Assembly (NCBI GenBank): GCA_964438075.1 | Contig: CAYTIW010000007.1 | Coordinates: forward strand, 1 to 64,000 | Direction: 5' to 3' | Length of the DNA: 64,000 nucleotides | DNA from: an uncultured Planctomycetales bacterium | GTDB taxonomy: Bacteria; Omnitrophota; Gorgyraeia; Zapsychrales; Fredricksoniimonadaceae | Shown: one piece after another, positions 50,325-60,120 of the stretch | Layout of the letters: the number at the start of each line of letters is the position of its first letter | How positions within the stretch are numbered: the first letter of the stretch is position 1 | Translations under genes and position numbers: made by a program | The notes under the pieces: generated by a model | What the model saw: the letters and a program-made list of their open reading frames with translations, nothing else | The model's database searches: none | Told to the model about the DNA's origin: nothing

Positions 50325-52395
50325 AGTGCCCTCTTTTCTTCAAAGATGTGCCATCGTAAAGAAAATACCGATATTCTCTGCCCTTAACTGGTTCAGGATA
50401 CAGAGCATTGCCCGGGATGGGGAGATGGTACGCTACAAAAAAGGCGACTTTGTTTCCATGAAGGGCAACCCTCCGGATTACGTCTTTTTTCTTATATCCG
50501 GCCGTTTACAGTCATATGCCTTGGATTCTGACGGTCACAAGGAAGATATAGAATTCATCCACCGGGGAATGTTCTTCGGTATCATTTCGGCTTTGACGGG
50601 CGAAGAACATTCACAGACCTTTGAGGCCATTAATGATTCCATGATATTCCGTGTCCCGGTAGGCCGTTTCCGCAAGATATTGAAACGGATCCCTGACTTG
50701 AGCGTAAAATTCAATCGTATCCTCTCTCAGCGCATCAGAAGCAAGGTCACCAAGACCAATCTTGTTTCGCAAAGCACCATCATTTCGGTTTACAGCCCTC
50801 TTTCGGGCTCAGGGGGCTCAACATATTCTCTAAATCTAGCTCTAGGTCTGCATAAAGAGAGCAAAGACCGTGTCATCTTGATCAGTATCCGTTCGATCAG
50901 GCCTCCCGAACGCAAGGATATATCGGCTTTTGACCAGGTCCGACCAAAGTGGAAAAGGGACCCCATTGATCTGTCAAGCCTGGTAGATAATTTCGATGAC
51001 ATAGCAGGTGCGGTGTCCCGCAGCGATCTGGGGATCGATCTGTTGAATGTGGTCTTTAAGCCTAATGATGTTGATCTCGTCCAGCATATAAGCGACTTCG
51101 TCAGCAGTTTCATCGATGTATACCGATATGTCATCGTTGACTTGCCGAGCGAGACTGACGACGTGGTCCTTAAAACACTTTCCCAGTCTGACTTTATCCA
51201 TCTGGTGATGGTGCGAAAGAAAGAAGCCTTGGAAATGGGCCGTATTATTCTTAACCGTCTGGAAGAAAGGCTGCAGGAATACTTTAATGAAGAGCGGGTA
51301 AGGGTCCTTATAAGCGGAGTACATGTTAAGAAAATGTCAGAAGAAGCGGTGCGCAGTATTATTGATTACGACGTACTGGCTTTTCTTCCGCATATACAGC
51401 ATAAAGACCTGGCTAACTTCATTGAAACGCCGGCCATTTCCTTCTGGGCCATTAACCAGGGAAGCGACTATTCTAAAACGCTGGCCAGAATTTCCCGCCA
51501 GATATCTGGCGTGTCCGTAGGAATAGTTTTTGGCGGGGGAGCTGCCTTTGGACTGGCGCACATTGGCGTGATCAAGGTTCTTGAGGAAGAAAGCATCCCT
51601 ATAGACATTATTATCGGCAGTTCCATGGGAGCGCTTATCGGTGGGCTGTGGGCTTTGGGCTATTCCGCTCATGAATTGGAGAAAATGGCCTATGAGTTCA
51701 GAAATAAGAAAGCGCTCGTTAGATTGCTTGATTTCGTTCTGTCAATTTCAGGTCTTATCAGTGGCAAAGCCATTATGGCTTGGCTCTACAGTAAGTTCCG
51801 AGACAGCACTTTCCATGATTTGAAAATACCATTGAAAATAGTTGCGTATGATCTTATCCATAGAAAAGATCTTATCATTGAGGACGGATTTCTGGTTGAT
51901 GCCATCAGGAAAAGCATATCAATACCAGGAGTATTCCAGCCAATAGTCACAGATGACCATTTGATCATTGATGGCGGCGTTATGAATCCGTTACCAACCA
52001 ATGTACTAAAATCGACCGATGTGAGAAAAATAATCGCCATCAATGTCCTGCAATCGCCAGATGACGTAATTAAAGGGTATCAGAAGACGCGCCAAGAGTT
52101 GAACAAGGCGCTAGACGTGCCCTTTTTAGTAGATCCCTGGAATTTTATAGATATACGCTTCAAATATTGGATTAATAAGATGTTCTATCCTAACATAACA
52201 GATATCATTGTTCGTACCTTGGAAGCATCGGAAGCGGTCATTGCCGATCAGAGCGCCAGAACGGCGGATATTTTAATACATCCGGATATGTCCGGTTTGC
52301 AGTGGTATGAGCTTTACCAGGTCGAAACGTTGATTAAAAGGGGTGAAGAGGCGGCCCGGGCTCAGATAGAGAAAATCAGGAATATAGCTCATTAA
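50317..52395 (+). CDS. Cyclic nucleotide-binding domain protein fused to a patatin-like phospholipase
   Basis: N-terminal cNMP-binding-like region. Central uncharacterised region. C-terminal patatin motifs GGGAAFGLAHIGV, GSSMGALIG (GxSxG) and DGG. Confidence 0.65.
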   Translation: MLKVPSFLQRCAIVKKIPIFSALNWFRIQSIARDGEMVRYKKGDFVSMKGNPPDYVFFLISGRLQSYALDSDGHKEDIEFIHRGMFFGIISALTGEEHSQTFEAINDSMIFRVPVGRFRKILKRIPDLSVKFNRILSQRIRSKVTKTNLVSQSTIISVYSPLSGSGGSTYSLNLALGLHKESKDRVILISIRSIRPPERKDISAFDQVRPKWKRDPIDLSSLVDNFDDIAGAVSRSDLGIDLLNVVFKPNDVDLVQHISDFVSSFIDVYRYVIVDLPSETDDVVLKTLSQSDFIHLVMVRKKEALEMGRIILNRLEERLQEYFNEERVRVLISGVHVKKMSEEAVRSIIDYDVLAFLPHIQHKDLANFIETPAISFWAINQGSDYSKTLARISRQISGVSVGIVFGGGAAFGLAHIGVIKVLEEESIPIDIIIGSSMGALIGGLWALGYSAHELEKMAYEFRNKKALVRLLDFVLSISGLISGKAIMAWLYSKFRDSTFHDLKIPLKIVAYDLIHRKDLIIEDGFLVDAIRKSISIPGVFQPIVTDDHLIIDGGVMNPLPTNVLKSTDVRKIIAINVLQSPDDVIKGYQKTRQELNKALDVPFLVDPWNFIDIRFKYWINKMFYPNITDIIVRTLEASEAVIADQSARTADILIHPDMSGLQWYELYQVETLIKRGEEAARAQIEKIRNIAH

Positions 52396-52580
52396 ACAAC
52401 ATGTAATTGGTCTAAGTCTTATGCAGTTGGTGATGCGGTAGTATCGTGCCGGAATCGGGATTATCCTTATAAAACTCCGGACATGTTTTTTACTTGTTCC
52501 TATACTTAAAGTTAACATAACATATATTATAGGAAGTTAGTAATCAAAAAAAGATGGCTCCTGCTTTTTTTGAAATGCAT

Positions 52581-53432
52581 TCATGGGCCATATATAATGC
52601 GAACAAAATTAGTCGAATTTGATATCACCGCTCTGCTGCCATATTCGAATTCATGCCATACATGGGCCCCATCAAGATAAATTCTTCCATTAGGCATTAA
52701 AGACATTATTCCTATTCTCTCGGCATCAAGTAAATCACCGGTCAATCGGTATTTTACCCCTTTCATGTGATACAATTCACGTGGTTTATATTGTATCATC
52801 CGGCTTTGTTCTGGCATTTGGGTGCCACCTGCTGATAAAATTGCACCCGTAGAGCCGGCCGCAGATGAGATCCAAATTCCTGAGTTTCGGTGCTCTTCAG
52901 CTATACCACCAATGGATATTCTGTATCGGCTCATGGCAGCTGGATTGGCATGACAGATAAGAACATCATTAAGGCATTCATAACACTTTCTTTGCGACCT
53001 ATTTGTTACGAGTATTTTAAGTTTATAAAGAGGCCTTATATCAGCTGTACTATGGATGATACTTTTTATTATTGGATTGAAGTTGCCTATATGAGCATGG
53101 CAAAATTTCCCCACGCTCCAGTTTGGATCAGAATTTACACCAAGCAATAATTGCTGCCGATCAATACCCCTTGCGACTTCCAGAAGAGTGCCATCACCCC
53201 CAACAGAGATTATTAAACCGTAACCTTTGTAATCTATATCAGGTTTGCGTGTTATTTTTTGATAAGGAAGGTCCAATGAAGCTAAAGATCTTTCAATGTA
53301 TTTTAAAGTTTCATTATGTTTTGAATGATTTCTCACGAAATTAGTAGCTTTTCTAAGCTTATCAGATAAATGTCCGGCCCCGGCAAGAAAACTCCGTTTG
53401 TAAACAACAAGTATTGGTAATTTTTTTTTCAT
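52581..53432 (-). CDS. nadK: NAD kinase
   Basis: GGDGTLL motif (ISVGGDGTLLEVARG) and a typical C-terminal domain. Confidence 0.8.
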   Translation of the reverse strand: MKKKLPILVVYKRSFLAGAGHLSDKLRKATNFVRNHSKHNETLKYIERSLASLDLPYQKITRKPDIDYKGYGLIISVGGDGTLLEVARGIDRQQLLLGVNSDPNWSVGKFCHAHIGNFNPIIKSIIHSTADIRPLYKLKILVTNRSQRKCYECLNDVLICHANPAAMSRYRISIGGIAEEHRNSGIWISSAAGSTGAILSAGGTQMPEQSRMIQYKPRELYHMKGVKYRLTGDLLDAERIGIMSLMPNGRIYLDGAHVWHEFEYGSRAVISNSTNFVRIIYGP

Positions 53433-54088
53433 ATTTTATAGCGACTTATTATAAAGTTTCTCAAGGATGCGAAGTCATGGAACACGAGGTCTGCCCTTTT
53501 AAGGTATTGTTTTGGTAATGATGTTTCAAGGGCAAAACATGTAAGCCCTGCAGCTTTGGCCGATTTAATACCCAGCGGAGCATTCTCGATGACAACAACC
53601 GTGTCCGGAGGTACTCTGATGGCTTTTATGGCTTTTTGATAGGGATACGGGTGCGGTTTCCCAAGTATAACATCATCCCCGCAAATAATTACGGAAAAAC
53701 ATTTCAGCAGTTTCTCAGACAATACGTTATTTATTTCTCGTCGGGAACTGCCTGTCACCAGCGCTAAAATAATATTTCTTCTGAATAGCATCTTTACAAA
53801 AGACCGGGCCCCAACAATAAACCGGGGTCTGAAGATTGTTTCAAATAACCGTTCTTTCTTTAAAAGCATGTTTTGGGCCATTTTTTTTGAGAATGGCCTA
53901 TCATATTGGTCAAATATTTCCCGTATACTAACTATTCCTTTCTGACCTTCTCTTTTATAGATTTCATGCGGCGTTATTTGTATGCCTTCTTCGTGAAAGA
54001 TCTTATGCCAAGCACGGCAATGAAAGGACATGGTATCGGTTATTACACCATCCATGTCGAAAATAACAGCTTTTAGCGAATCAACCAT
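53429..54088 (-). CDS. HAD-superfamily hydrolase (beta-phosphoglucomutase/phosphatase-like)
   Basis: AVIFDMDGVITDT motif I, motif II, and K...GDD motif III/IV. Confidence 0.75.
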   Translation of the reverse strand: MVDSLKAVIFDMDGVITDTMSFHCRAWHKIFHEEGIQITPHEIYKREGQKGIVSIREIFDQYDRPFSKKMAQNMLLKKERLFETIFRPRFIVGARSFVKMLFRRNIILALVTGSSRREINNVLSEKLLKCFSVIICGDDVILGKPHPYPYQKAIKAIRVPPDTVVVIENAPLGIKSAKAAGLTCFALETSLPKQYLKRADLVFHDFASLRNFIISRYKI

Positions 54089-54125
54089 GGGAAATCATTA
54101 TTCCAGGAGGGCAAATACAACTTTA

Positions 54126-54629
54126 TTATTTATTTTGGTTTCTTCTAGATTCGTTCCTCTTCCTTATAGCTTCCATTTTTTGTCTTCGTGCTTCAACAAT
54201 ATGTTGTAATTTTAGCCTACGGGCTTCTTTTTCGGTTCTTTTACGAATTTCTTTGGCTTCTTCTCTTTGGCGTTTTGTTTCTAGGTTTTGAATTCTTTGC
54301 TTCTCTTTGTTTTCGATTGTCTTCTTTTCAGCATCTTTCCTTTCAAGCCAAAGCTGTCTTTCCTGGCTGCGGATCCTTTTTTGTTCGGCTCTTTCATCGA
54401 GAAAGCTGCATTGCTCATCAAAAGTTGCGTCAGCCCAAGCTTGTCCGGTGGCAAGCATAAATTGTTGGCGAAAAGGCAAGGGGATATTAACCAGTTCAAC
54501 ACCGTATATCTTTTCCCATTTTGACAATTGATCCTCTTGTGGAGCCTCTTCAGAGGGTGATTCTTGCCCCCAAATCGGTTGACACAAAAAGACGAAGAAA
54601 ATGGCTATCAATAGACTTTTTTTCAGCAT
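54126..54629 (-). CDS. Secreted, highly charged (K/R/E-rich) coiled-coil protein
   Basis: Signal peptide MLKKSLLIAIFFVFLCQPIWGQ after an AAAGGA RBS. The C-terminal half is more than 50% K/R/E/Q. Confidence 0.45.
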   Translation of the reverse strand: MLKKSLLIAIFFVFLCQPIWGQESPSEEAPQEDQLSKWEKIYGVELVNIPLPFRQQFMLATGQAWADATFDEQCSFLDERAEQKRIRSQERQLWLERKDAEKKTIENKEKQRIQNLETKRQREEAKEIRKRTEKEARRLKLQHIVEARRQKMEAIRKRNESRRNQNK

Positions 54630-54707
54630 TTTAATTCCTTTGATCCAGATATAAGTATAACATAACTTGAAAAAAGTAAAAAATCGCAAATCAATAACGG
54701 GTGTTTT

Positions 54708-55490
54708 TTAAAACACGTCAACCGTTGTTGCATCCTTGACGTATATGACAATATTATCGGAGGATGTGATATCTTCCGTGGCTGTATTGTTTTTCCATTT
54801 AGCTATTACATTGATACTCTGTGGGCCGAGTATTGAATTTTTAGGAATATTCAGGTCATAAACGTTATCTAGAGTTGGATAGTGATCTTCATAAGTATAG
54901 TCAAAGGAATCAATGATAATGCCATCTGGCACCCTCGGGCCCGTAACAAGCACATTTAGGTGTATCAGCCTTCCTCTCTCGACCACAGCACCATTCTCCG
55001 GGACAATTATACGTATGGACGATTTAATATCATCATTCTTGGATCCCGCTAGCGGGATGCTTATCTCCCCTGCTCCCATACCCAAAGACAGGCCATCAAA
55101 ACGGAGTATGGCCTTTGGGGCTTTGGCTACCGGTAGCTCAAAAGCGAGTTTGATTGTGAATGTTTGGTTGGGATAAACACTTTGTTTTGTTGATAATTTT
55201 GAATGCTCGCTGGACGATAGGATACGGGCATATGAATTTCCGAATTCATCCCGTAAATAGAAACCAAGTTTGTCAGTGATGTCTAACTTCAGGTTGTCAG
55301 TAGAATTATAAATTATAAAATCCAAAGATAAGAAAGGAGGTTCACTGTCACCGGAGTTCTTTATAATTATATTATCAACGTGAAATTCAATGCCATTGAT
55401 TTTAATAGGAGCAGCTAGTAAGGAGCACGTGTTGAGGCAAATAATAAAAAAGACCAAAAGAAGGTTTCTGTATGTTTTTTTCATATTCAA
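54708..55490 (-). CDS. Secreted hypothetical protein (beta-rich)
   Basis: N-terminal signal peptide. No recognisable family. Confidence 0.45.
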   Translation of the reverse strand: MNMKKTYRNLLLVFFIICLNTCSLLAAPIKINGIEFHVDNIIIKNSGDSEPPFLSLDFIIYNSTDNLKLDITDKLGFYLRDEFGNSYARILSSSEHSKLSTKQSVYPNQTFTIKLAFELPVAKAPKAILRFDGLSLGMGAGEISIPLAGSKNDDIKSSIRIIVPENGAVVERGRLIHLNVLVTGPRVPDGIIIDSFDYTYEDHYPTLDNVYDLNIPKNSILGPQSINVIAKWKNNTATEDITSSDNIVIYVKDATTVDVF

Positions 55491-55541
55491 TGAATAAATT
55501 TTAGCCTATTATAGAAAATAAATAAAATATAAACACGGATT

Positions 55542-56171
55542 TTGTATCTTTGTATGATTGTCATGCCCCCCAATCCCCTGCTCCATGTTTGTTGTGCTCC
55601 GTGTAGCGGACCTGTCATAGAAAAGATGTTGATAAAAGGCGCCCGCCCCACGATTTTATTTTATAATCCCAATATCCACCCGGTAGAGGAATATGAATAT
55701 AGAAAGGTATCCGTTATCAATTACGCTAAAAAGGTCGGGCTCAACTTTATCGATCTTGATTATGATACTGAAGTATGGTTTGAACGTGTCAAGGGTTTGG
55801 AAAATGAACCAGAACGCGGACGCCGATGTTCGATTTGTTTTGATATAAGGTTGGAACGCACGGCATTATATGCTCAGGAGAATGGGTTCCAATACTTTGC
55901 TACCAGTAATGGCATTGCCAACCAGAAAGACATGGATCAGGTAAATCAAAGCGGGCTGCTTGCCGCCTCGCGGTACCCCGGGGTTTACTTTATGCCAATA
56001 GATTGGCGTGAAGAAGGCGGAATCCAAAGGATATCAGTTATAGCGAAAAAGGAACGTTTTTATAAACAAGAGTACTGCGGATGCGTTTTTTCATTAAGAT
56101 CCAGAAATGAGCAACGAAGATCAAAAGGGCTTTCAGACATTAGCCCTGGGACGAAATATTTTATGCCTTGA
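55542..56171 (+). CDS. queH: Epoxyqueuosine reductase QueH (DUF208)
   Basis: LLHVCCAPCS motif and further conserved Cys (CSIC, CGC). About 200 aa. Confidence 0.75.
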   Translation: MYLCMIVMPPNPLLHVCCAPCSGPVIEKMLIKGARPTILFYNPNIHPVEEYEYRKVSVINYAKKVGLNFIDLDYDTEVWFERVKGLENEPERGRRCSICFDIRLERTALYAQENGFQYFATSNGIANQKDMDQVNQSGLLAASRYPGVYFMPIDWREEGGIQRISVIAKKERFYKQEYCGCVFSLRSRNEQRRSKGLSDISPGTKYFMP

Positions 56172-56265
56172 ATGACCGATTCCTAGATTTGAGTTCTAAA
56201 ACAATGTAAGCGGGGTCCCTTCATTTCAGGCCAATGAAGAAATGATTTGAATCCACAGTATTATC

Positions 56266-56308
56266 AATAAAAAACCCTGTATCTAGTTGATGATACAGGG
56301 TTTTTATT
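56266..56308. terminator. Bidirectional rho-independent terminator
   Basis: aaaaaaCCCTGTATC-tagttgat-GATACAGGGtttttatt: a perfect 9-bp stem flanked by an A-run and a T-run. Confidence 0.75.
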
Positions 56309-56326
56309 CTTGAATTGATACGGATA

Positions 56327-56416
56327 TCAGATCAAAATATCAATATTATCCCAACCGAATATTTCACGCTGAGCCTGGTTGACCTTAATTGGCTTGTCTT
56401 CCTTCCATTCTCCCAT
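56327..56416 (-). CDS. Candidate micro-ORF (29 aa: MGEWKEDKPIKVNQAQREIFGWDNIDILI)
   Basis: ATG preceded by a perfect AGGAGG with 5-nt spacing, in a ~430-bp AT-rich intergenic region. Not in the supplied ORF track (too short). Confidence 0.3.
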   Translation of the reverse strand: MGEWKEDKPIKVNQAQREIFGWDNIDILI

Positions 56417-56624
56417 ATAAACCTCCTATTTCTTTAATGTAAATAGGTGTTTATCACCCGTTGTTTGTTTAAATATACACTAATTCCTAATATGTGCCAA
56501 TCTTTTTTTATCAATGATATTGTTACGCTCTGCTAAAAGAAAATAATATCAACAATTTATTTCTTAAAATTTCATATTATAATTCTACGAAATCATTTAC
56601 ATAAAGTTGGAAAGGAAATCGACA

Positions 56625-57992
56625 ATGCCAGCTGCTTTGGAGAAATACGCACATAAGCTTGTAAAAAAGATCCGTTTTCGTATACCAGATATACCAGGAG
56701 CTTTGGGACGTTTGGCATCAACTCTGGGAGCTCAGGGAGCGGTACTGGGAGACATTGTGACGGAGAATGTTACGTCCAATTACATAATCCGTGACATCAC
56801 GATATATTTTGACACCAAGGAAGAACTTGATGCCGCTCTTTCCGCAGCCCGTAAACTAAAAGGATACAAGATACTGGATGTTAAAGATGAAGTCCTGAGC
56901 ATACACCAAGGAGGGAAGATCGCGATCATACCTCGGGTCAAGGTGGAGACCCTAAGCGACCTGCGTATGATATATACTCCTGGGGTGGCTCAGGTCTGTC
57001 ATCATATTGCCAAAGTTCCTGGTGATGCCCGAAATTATACTTCCATAGGGAACACTGTTTGTATAGCTACCAATGGATCCGCTGTGCTTGGACTGGGTGA
57101 TATAGGTGTACTGGCTGCCATGCCGGTGATGGAAGGAAAATCACTTATACTTGGCCGCTTCTCCGGTGTCAGCTGCGTGCCGCTGTTGCTGGATAGTGAT
57201 GATCCTAAAACCATTGTAGATGCTTTGGCAACCTTAGCCAAGACATTCAGCGTTATTATGCTGGAAGACATTAGTGCTCCCCTTTGTTTTGAAGTAGAAA
57301 AGCAACTCCAGCAACGTGTCGATATCCCGGTCTTCCATGACGATCAGCATGGAACGGCCGTTGTGATCCTAGCCGCCCTTATCAAAAGTTTGAAGATGGT
57401 AAGAAAAAAGAAAGAGACAGTGCGCATCGTGATAAACGGTGCCGGAGCCGCTGGTATGGCTGCTTGCCTGTTGCTTTTGGAATATGGTTTTAAGAATATA
57501 ATCCTCTGCGACCGCAACGGAGCCATTTACCAAGGACGCAAAGAAGGAATGAATCCATATAAGGAAGAGATATCTCTGGTCAGCAATAACAAGAAGATAG
57601 CCGGTCCCTTGCCAGCCGTAATGGCGGGGGCTGACGTTTTCATTGGAGTATCGTCTGCCGGTCTGGTCAAGCCGGCCATGGTAAAGTCTATGGCTAATAA
57701 GGCGATAGTTTTCGGCCTGGCCAATCCTGTACCGGAAATATGGCCTAAAGACGCCCTGGCGGCAGGTGCTGCCCTAGCCATGGACGGCCGGACCATAAAT
57801 AATGCTCTTGCTTTTCCTGGGCTTATCCGGGGTGCCATTGATGCCCAGGCGAAGCGCATTACCTATTCGATGAAGTTCGCCGCTGCCGAGACGCTGGCTT
57901 CCCTGGCCGGCAAGAATGAGCTGGTCCCCAACTTCATGCATATGGCTGTTCATGAGAAAGTAGCCGAAGCGGTCAAGGCAGCCGTAAGCTAA
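56625..57992 (+). CDS. NAD(P)-dependent malic enzyme with N-terminal ACT domain
   Basis: The ACT-like N-terminus, then malic-enzyme motifs IYTPGVAQVC and VINGAGAAG in the NAD-binding domain. ATG at 56625 with an AAAGGA RBS. Confidence 0.8.
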   Translation: MPAALEKYAHKLVKKIRFRIPDIPGALGRLASTLGAQGAVLGDIVTENVTSNYIIRDITIYFDTKEELDAALSAARKLKGYKILDVKDEVLSIHQGGKIAIIPRVKVETLSDLRMIYTPGVAQVCHHIAKVPGDARNYTSIGNTVCIATNGSAVLGLGDIGVLAAMPVMEGKSLILGRFSGVSCVPLLLDSDDPKTIVDALATLAKTFSVIMLEDISAPLCFEVEKQLQQRVDIPVFHDDQHGTAVVILAALIKSLKMVRKKKETVRIVINGAGAAGMAACLLLLEYGFKNIILCDRNGAIYQGRKEGMNPYKEEISLVSNNKKIAGPLPAVMAGADVFIGVSSAGLVKPAMVKSMANKAIVFGLANPVPEIWPKDALAAGAALAMDGRTINNALAFPGLIRGAIDAQAKRITYSMKFAAAETLASLAGKNELVPNFMHMAVHEKVAEAVKAAVS

Positions 57993-58054
57993 AAAAGGTT
58001 TGCGTAACGTTTTCTTGCGAGCGCAGTTCATCCTCGTAAAACGTGCTGGTCTGT

Positions 58055-59470
58055 TCAGGCTCCTAAAAGTGCTGCTGCCTGTTTTAGAAGATCATTCAGG
58101 AATGGCGGGATATAAAGACCGAGTATCAAGACGATAAGGGCCAGCAGCAAGATCGGCATGACCATGGGCACGGTTTCCTTTCTGGAATGGGCCATGGTCT
58201 CTGGCGGCAAGCCTTGGATCATTCTCAAAATAATGTCCGCCACACCCAGGAAGATCAGCCCCAGGAAAATAACAAACAACACAGCGACCACATAATTCCC
58301 TTTGGTGATCGCTGAATATAAAATGATAAGCTCGCTCAAGAAGGTGCCGAACGGAGGCGCACCCGTAACAGCCAGGAAGCCGGCTAAAAGCAGGATGCCA
58401 GTAACCGGGTATGAACGAAGGGCTCCGCGCACGTCTTTTACCTTTTTGCTGTGATATTGTTTGTAAAGGTTCCCCGTGACGAGGAAGACAAAACCCTTGG
58501 TGAAGGCATTGTTCACCAGATGCAAGAGGCTCCCGTATATCCCTACCCCACCAAGGCCGATACCAATAGCCAGGATCCCCATGTGCTCAACGCTGGAATA
58601 GGCCAGCATCCTTTTATAATCGGTCTGCCCTAGGATAAAAACATACGCGATACCCATGGAAGTGAGCCCTAGCACTATCAGCATGGAAGAAAAGAACTGA
58701 TCCTGCCCCGCTGCGTGACAGATCTGGGCCACTCTCAGGATACTTAGGAATGCGCAGTTCAACAGACAACCTGACAGCAAGGCAGAGATAGGTGAAGGCG
58801 CCTGCGAATGGGCATCCGGCAGCCAGGAATGCATCGGGGCCAACCCCATTTTGGTCCCACAGCCGATCAAAAGAAAAATGGCGCTGATCTTAAGCCACGG
58901 TAAGGAAAGTTCTGAGGCCTGAGTTAGAAGTTTATCCAGAAGAAGTGTTTGCACATTCATGGCTGATACCGCCAGGAAATATGTACCGAGCAGGGCCAAT
59001 GCTATCCCAACCAGACAGATCATCAGGAACTTCCAGGAAGCTTCAATGCTTTGCCTCGTCTTTTCAAAATTGATCAAAGGTACGCTGGCCAAGGTAGTGG
59101 CCTCTATTCCGATCAGCAGGATCCCGAAATGCCGGCTGATAACGACCAGGGTGATAAAGGATAGGAACGATAATAAGACGCTGACGAATATCCTGTGAGG
59201 CATATCTTCGACTTCCTCGAAATAATCCAGTAGATAAAAAGCTACCATGAGGAACAGAAAGCTCACTACCGAAAGGACCAGAAGACCCAAAGCATCGACC
59301 GCCAGGAACCCGTTGAACGCCGCTGCCGGGGTCTTGCTCCAGAAAGTGATCACACTGGTAAAATGTGCCAGAGCGACCAGAAAAAGCACTCGCTGTCTTG
59401 TTGTTTTGCACGGTAGCAGCAACGTGAGTCCGCCGGCAATTAAAGGAAGGAAAAGCACGAATAACAACAT
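58055..59470 (-). CDS. Complex I / hydrogenase-4 antiporter-like subunit (NuoM/N, HyfD/F family)
   Basis: 471 aa, about 14 TM helices. Proton-pumping antiporter-like fold motifs. Confidence 0.65.
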   Translation of the reverse strand: MLLFVLFLPLIAGGLTLLLPCKTTRQRVLFLVALAHFTSVITFWSKTPAAAFNGFLAVDALGLLVLSVVSFLFLMVAFYLLDYFEEVEDMPHRIFVSVLLSFLSFITLVVISRHFGILLIGIEATTLASVPLINFEKTRQSIEASWKFLMICLVGIALALLGTYFLAVSAMNVQTLLLDKLLTQASELSLPWLKISAIFLLIGCGTKMGLAPMHSWLPDAHSQAPSPISALLSGCLLNCAFLSILRVAQICHAAGQDQFFSSMLIVLGLTSMGIAYVFILGQTDYKRMLAYSSVEHMGILAIGIGLGGVGIYGSLLHLVNNAFTKGFVFLVTGNLYKQYHSKKVKDVRGALRSYPVTGILLLAGFLAVTGAPPFGTFLSELIILYSAITKGNYVVAVLFVIFLGLIFLGVADIILRMIQGLPPETMAHSRKETVPMVMPILLLALIVLILGLYIPPFLNDLLKQAAALLGA

Positions 59471-59473
59471 ATA

Positions 59474-60118
59474 TCAATCCTTTAGAGTGGTCAGGTGGCG
59501 AGTGTCCGTGGTCTCGAACTCTTCACTTATGTGATCTACCACTATCCCCATGACCAGAACCGCGATAAAAAGGTCCAGAATGATCCCCATTTCGACCAGA
59601 AAAGGCATCTTTTTTAAAAGCAAGATGGCAAAGAGAAAGATGCCGTTCTCCAAGACCAGATAACCGACCACCTGGCTGATCGCCTTATTGCGGCCGACCA
59701 GGAGCAAAAAGCCTAAGATCACCAGCAGAAAGGAAGTCGGGATAAGCATGCCGGATATCCCGGCCACAGGAAAGACCAGCCTGGAGGCCAGCAAGAAGGA
59801 CCCGATTATAGCCAGGCCGCACAAAAAGAATACCCGGCCAAAACCTATGACCGGATTGATCTCACTGCGAACGGAAACATGCCGGATCGCCCAAAAAAGG
59901 AAATAAGGCATCAGAAAGCCTCTCAAGATAATAGTAGCCGCAGAAACTATAATGATATGGATCTCCAGGTCGTTAAAATACATAAAGAACGGAACGGTCC
60001 CCAGGACGCACGACTGGAGCCCCAGGATCTGTATCATGGTCCCTAACCGTCGGCTGCCGACTATCAGCAGCCCGAGCATGACGATCAGTATCAAGATCGC
60101 TTCCAGCCACGCATTCAT
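59474..60118 (-). CDS. Small membrane subunit (HyfE/NuoK-like)
   Basis: 214 aa with 6-7 TM helices. Lies between the antiporter-like gene and the NuoH-like gene, as in hyf/mbh operons. Confidence 0.5.
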   Translation of the reverse strand: MNAWLEAILILIVMLGLLIVGSRRLGTMIQILGLQSCVLGTVPFFMYFNDLEIHIIIVSAATIILRGFLMPYFLFWAIRHVSVRSEINPVIGFGRVFFLCGLAIIGSFLLASRLVFPVAGISGMLIPTSFLLVILGFLLLVGRNKAISQVVGYLVLENGIFLFAILLLKKMPFLVEMGIILDLFIAVLVMGIVVDHISEEFETTDTRHLTTLKD

Positions 60119-60120
60119 TG

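Noticed and set aside
57035-57859. Minus-strand ORFs inside the malic enzyme gene
   Set aside because: They are antisense to a full-length conserved enzyme and are Ala/Pro/Arg-rich shadow frames.
57993-58054. Imperfect stem-loop (cgttttcttgcgag ... ctcgtaaaacg) between the convergent malic enzyme gene and the hydrogenase-like operon
   Set aside because: The stem is bulged and lacks a U-tract on either side, so it was not called as a terminator with confidence.
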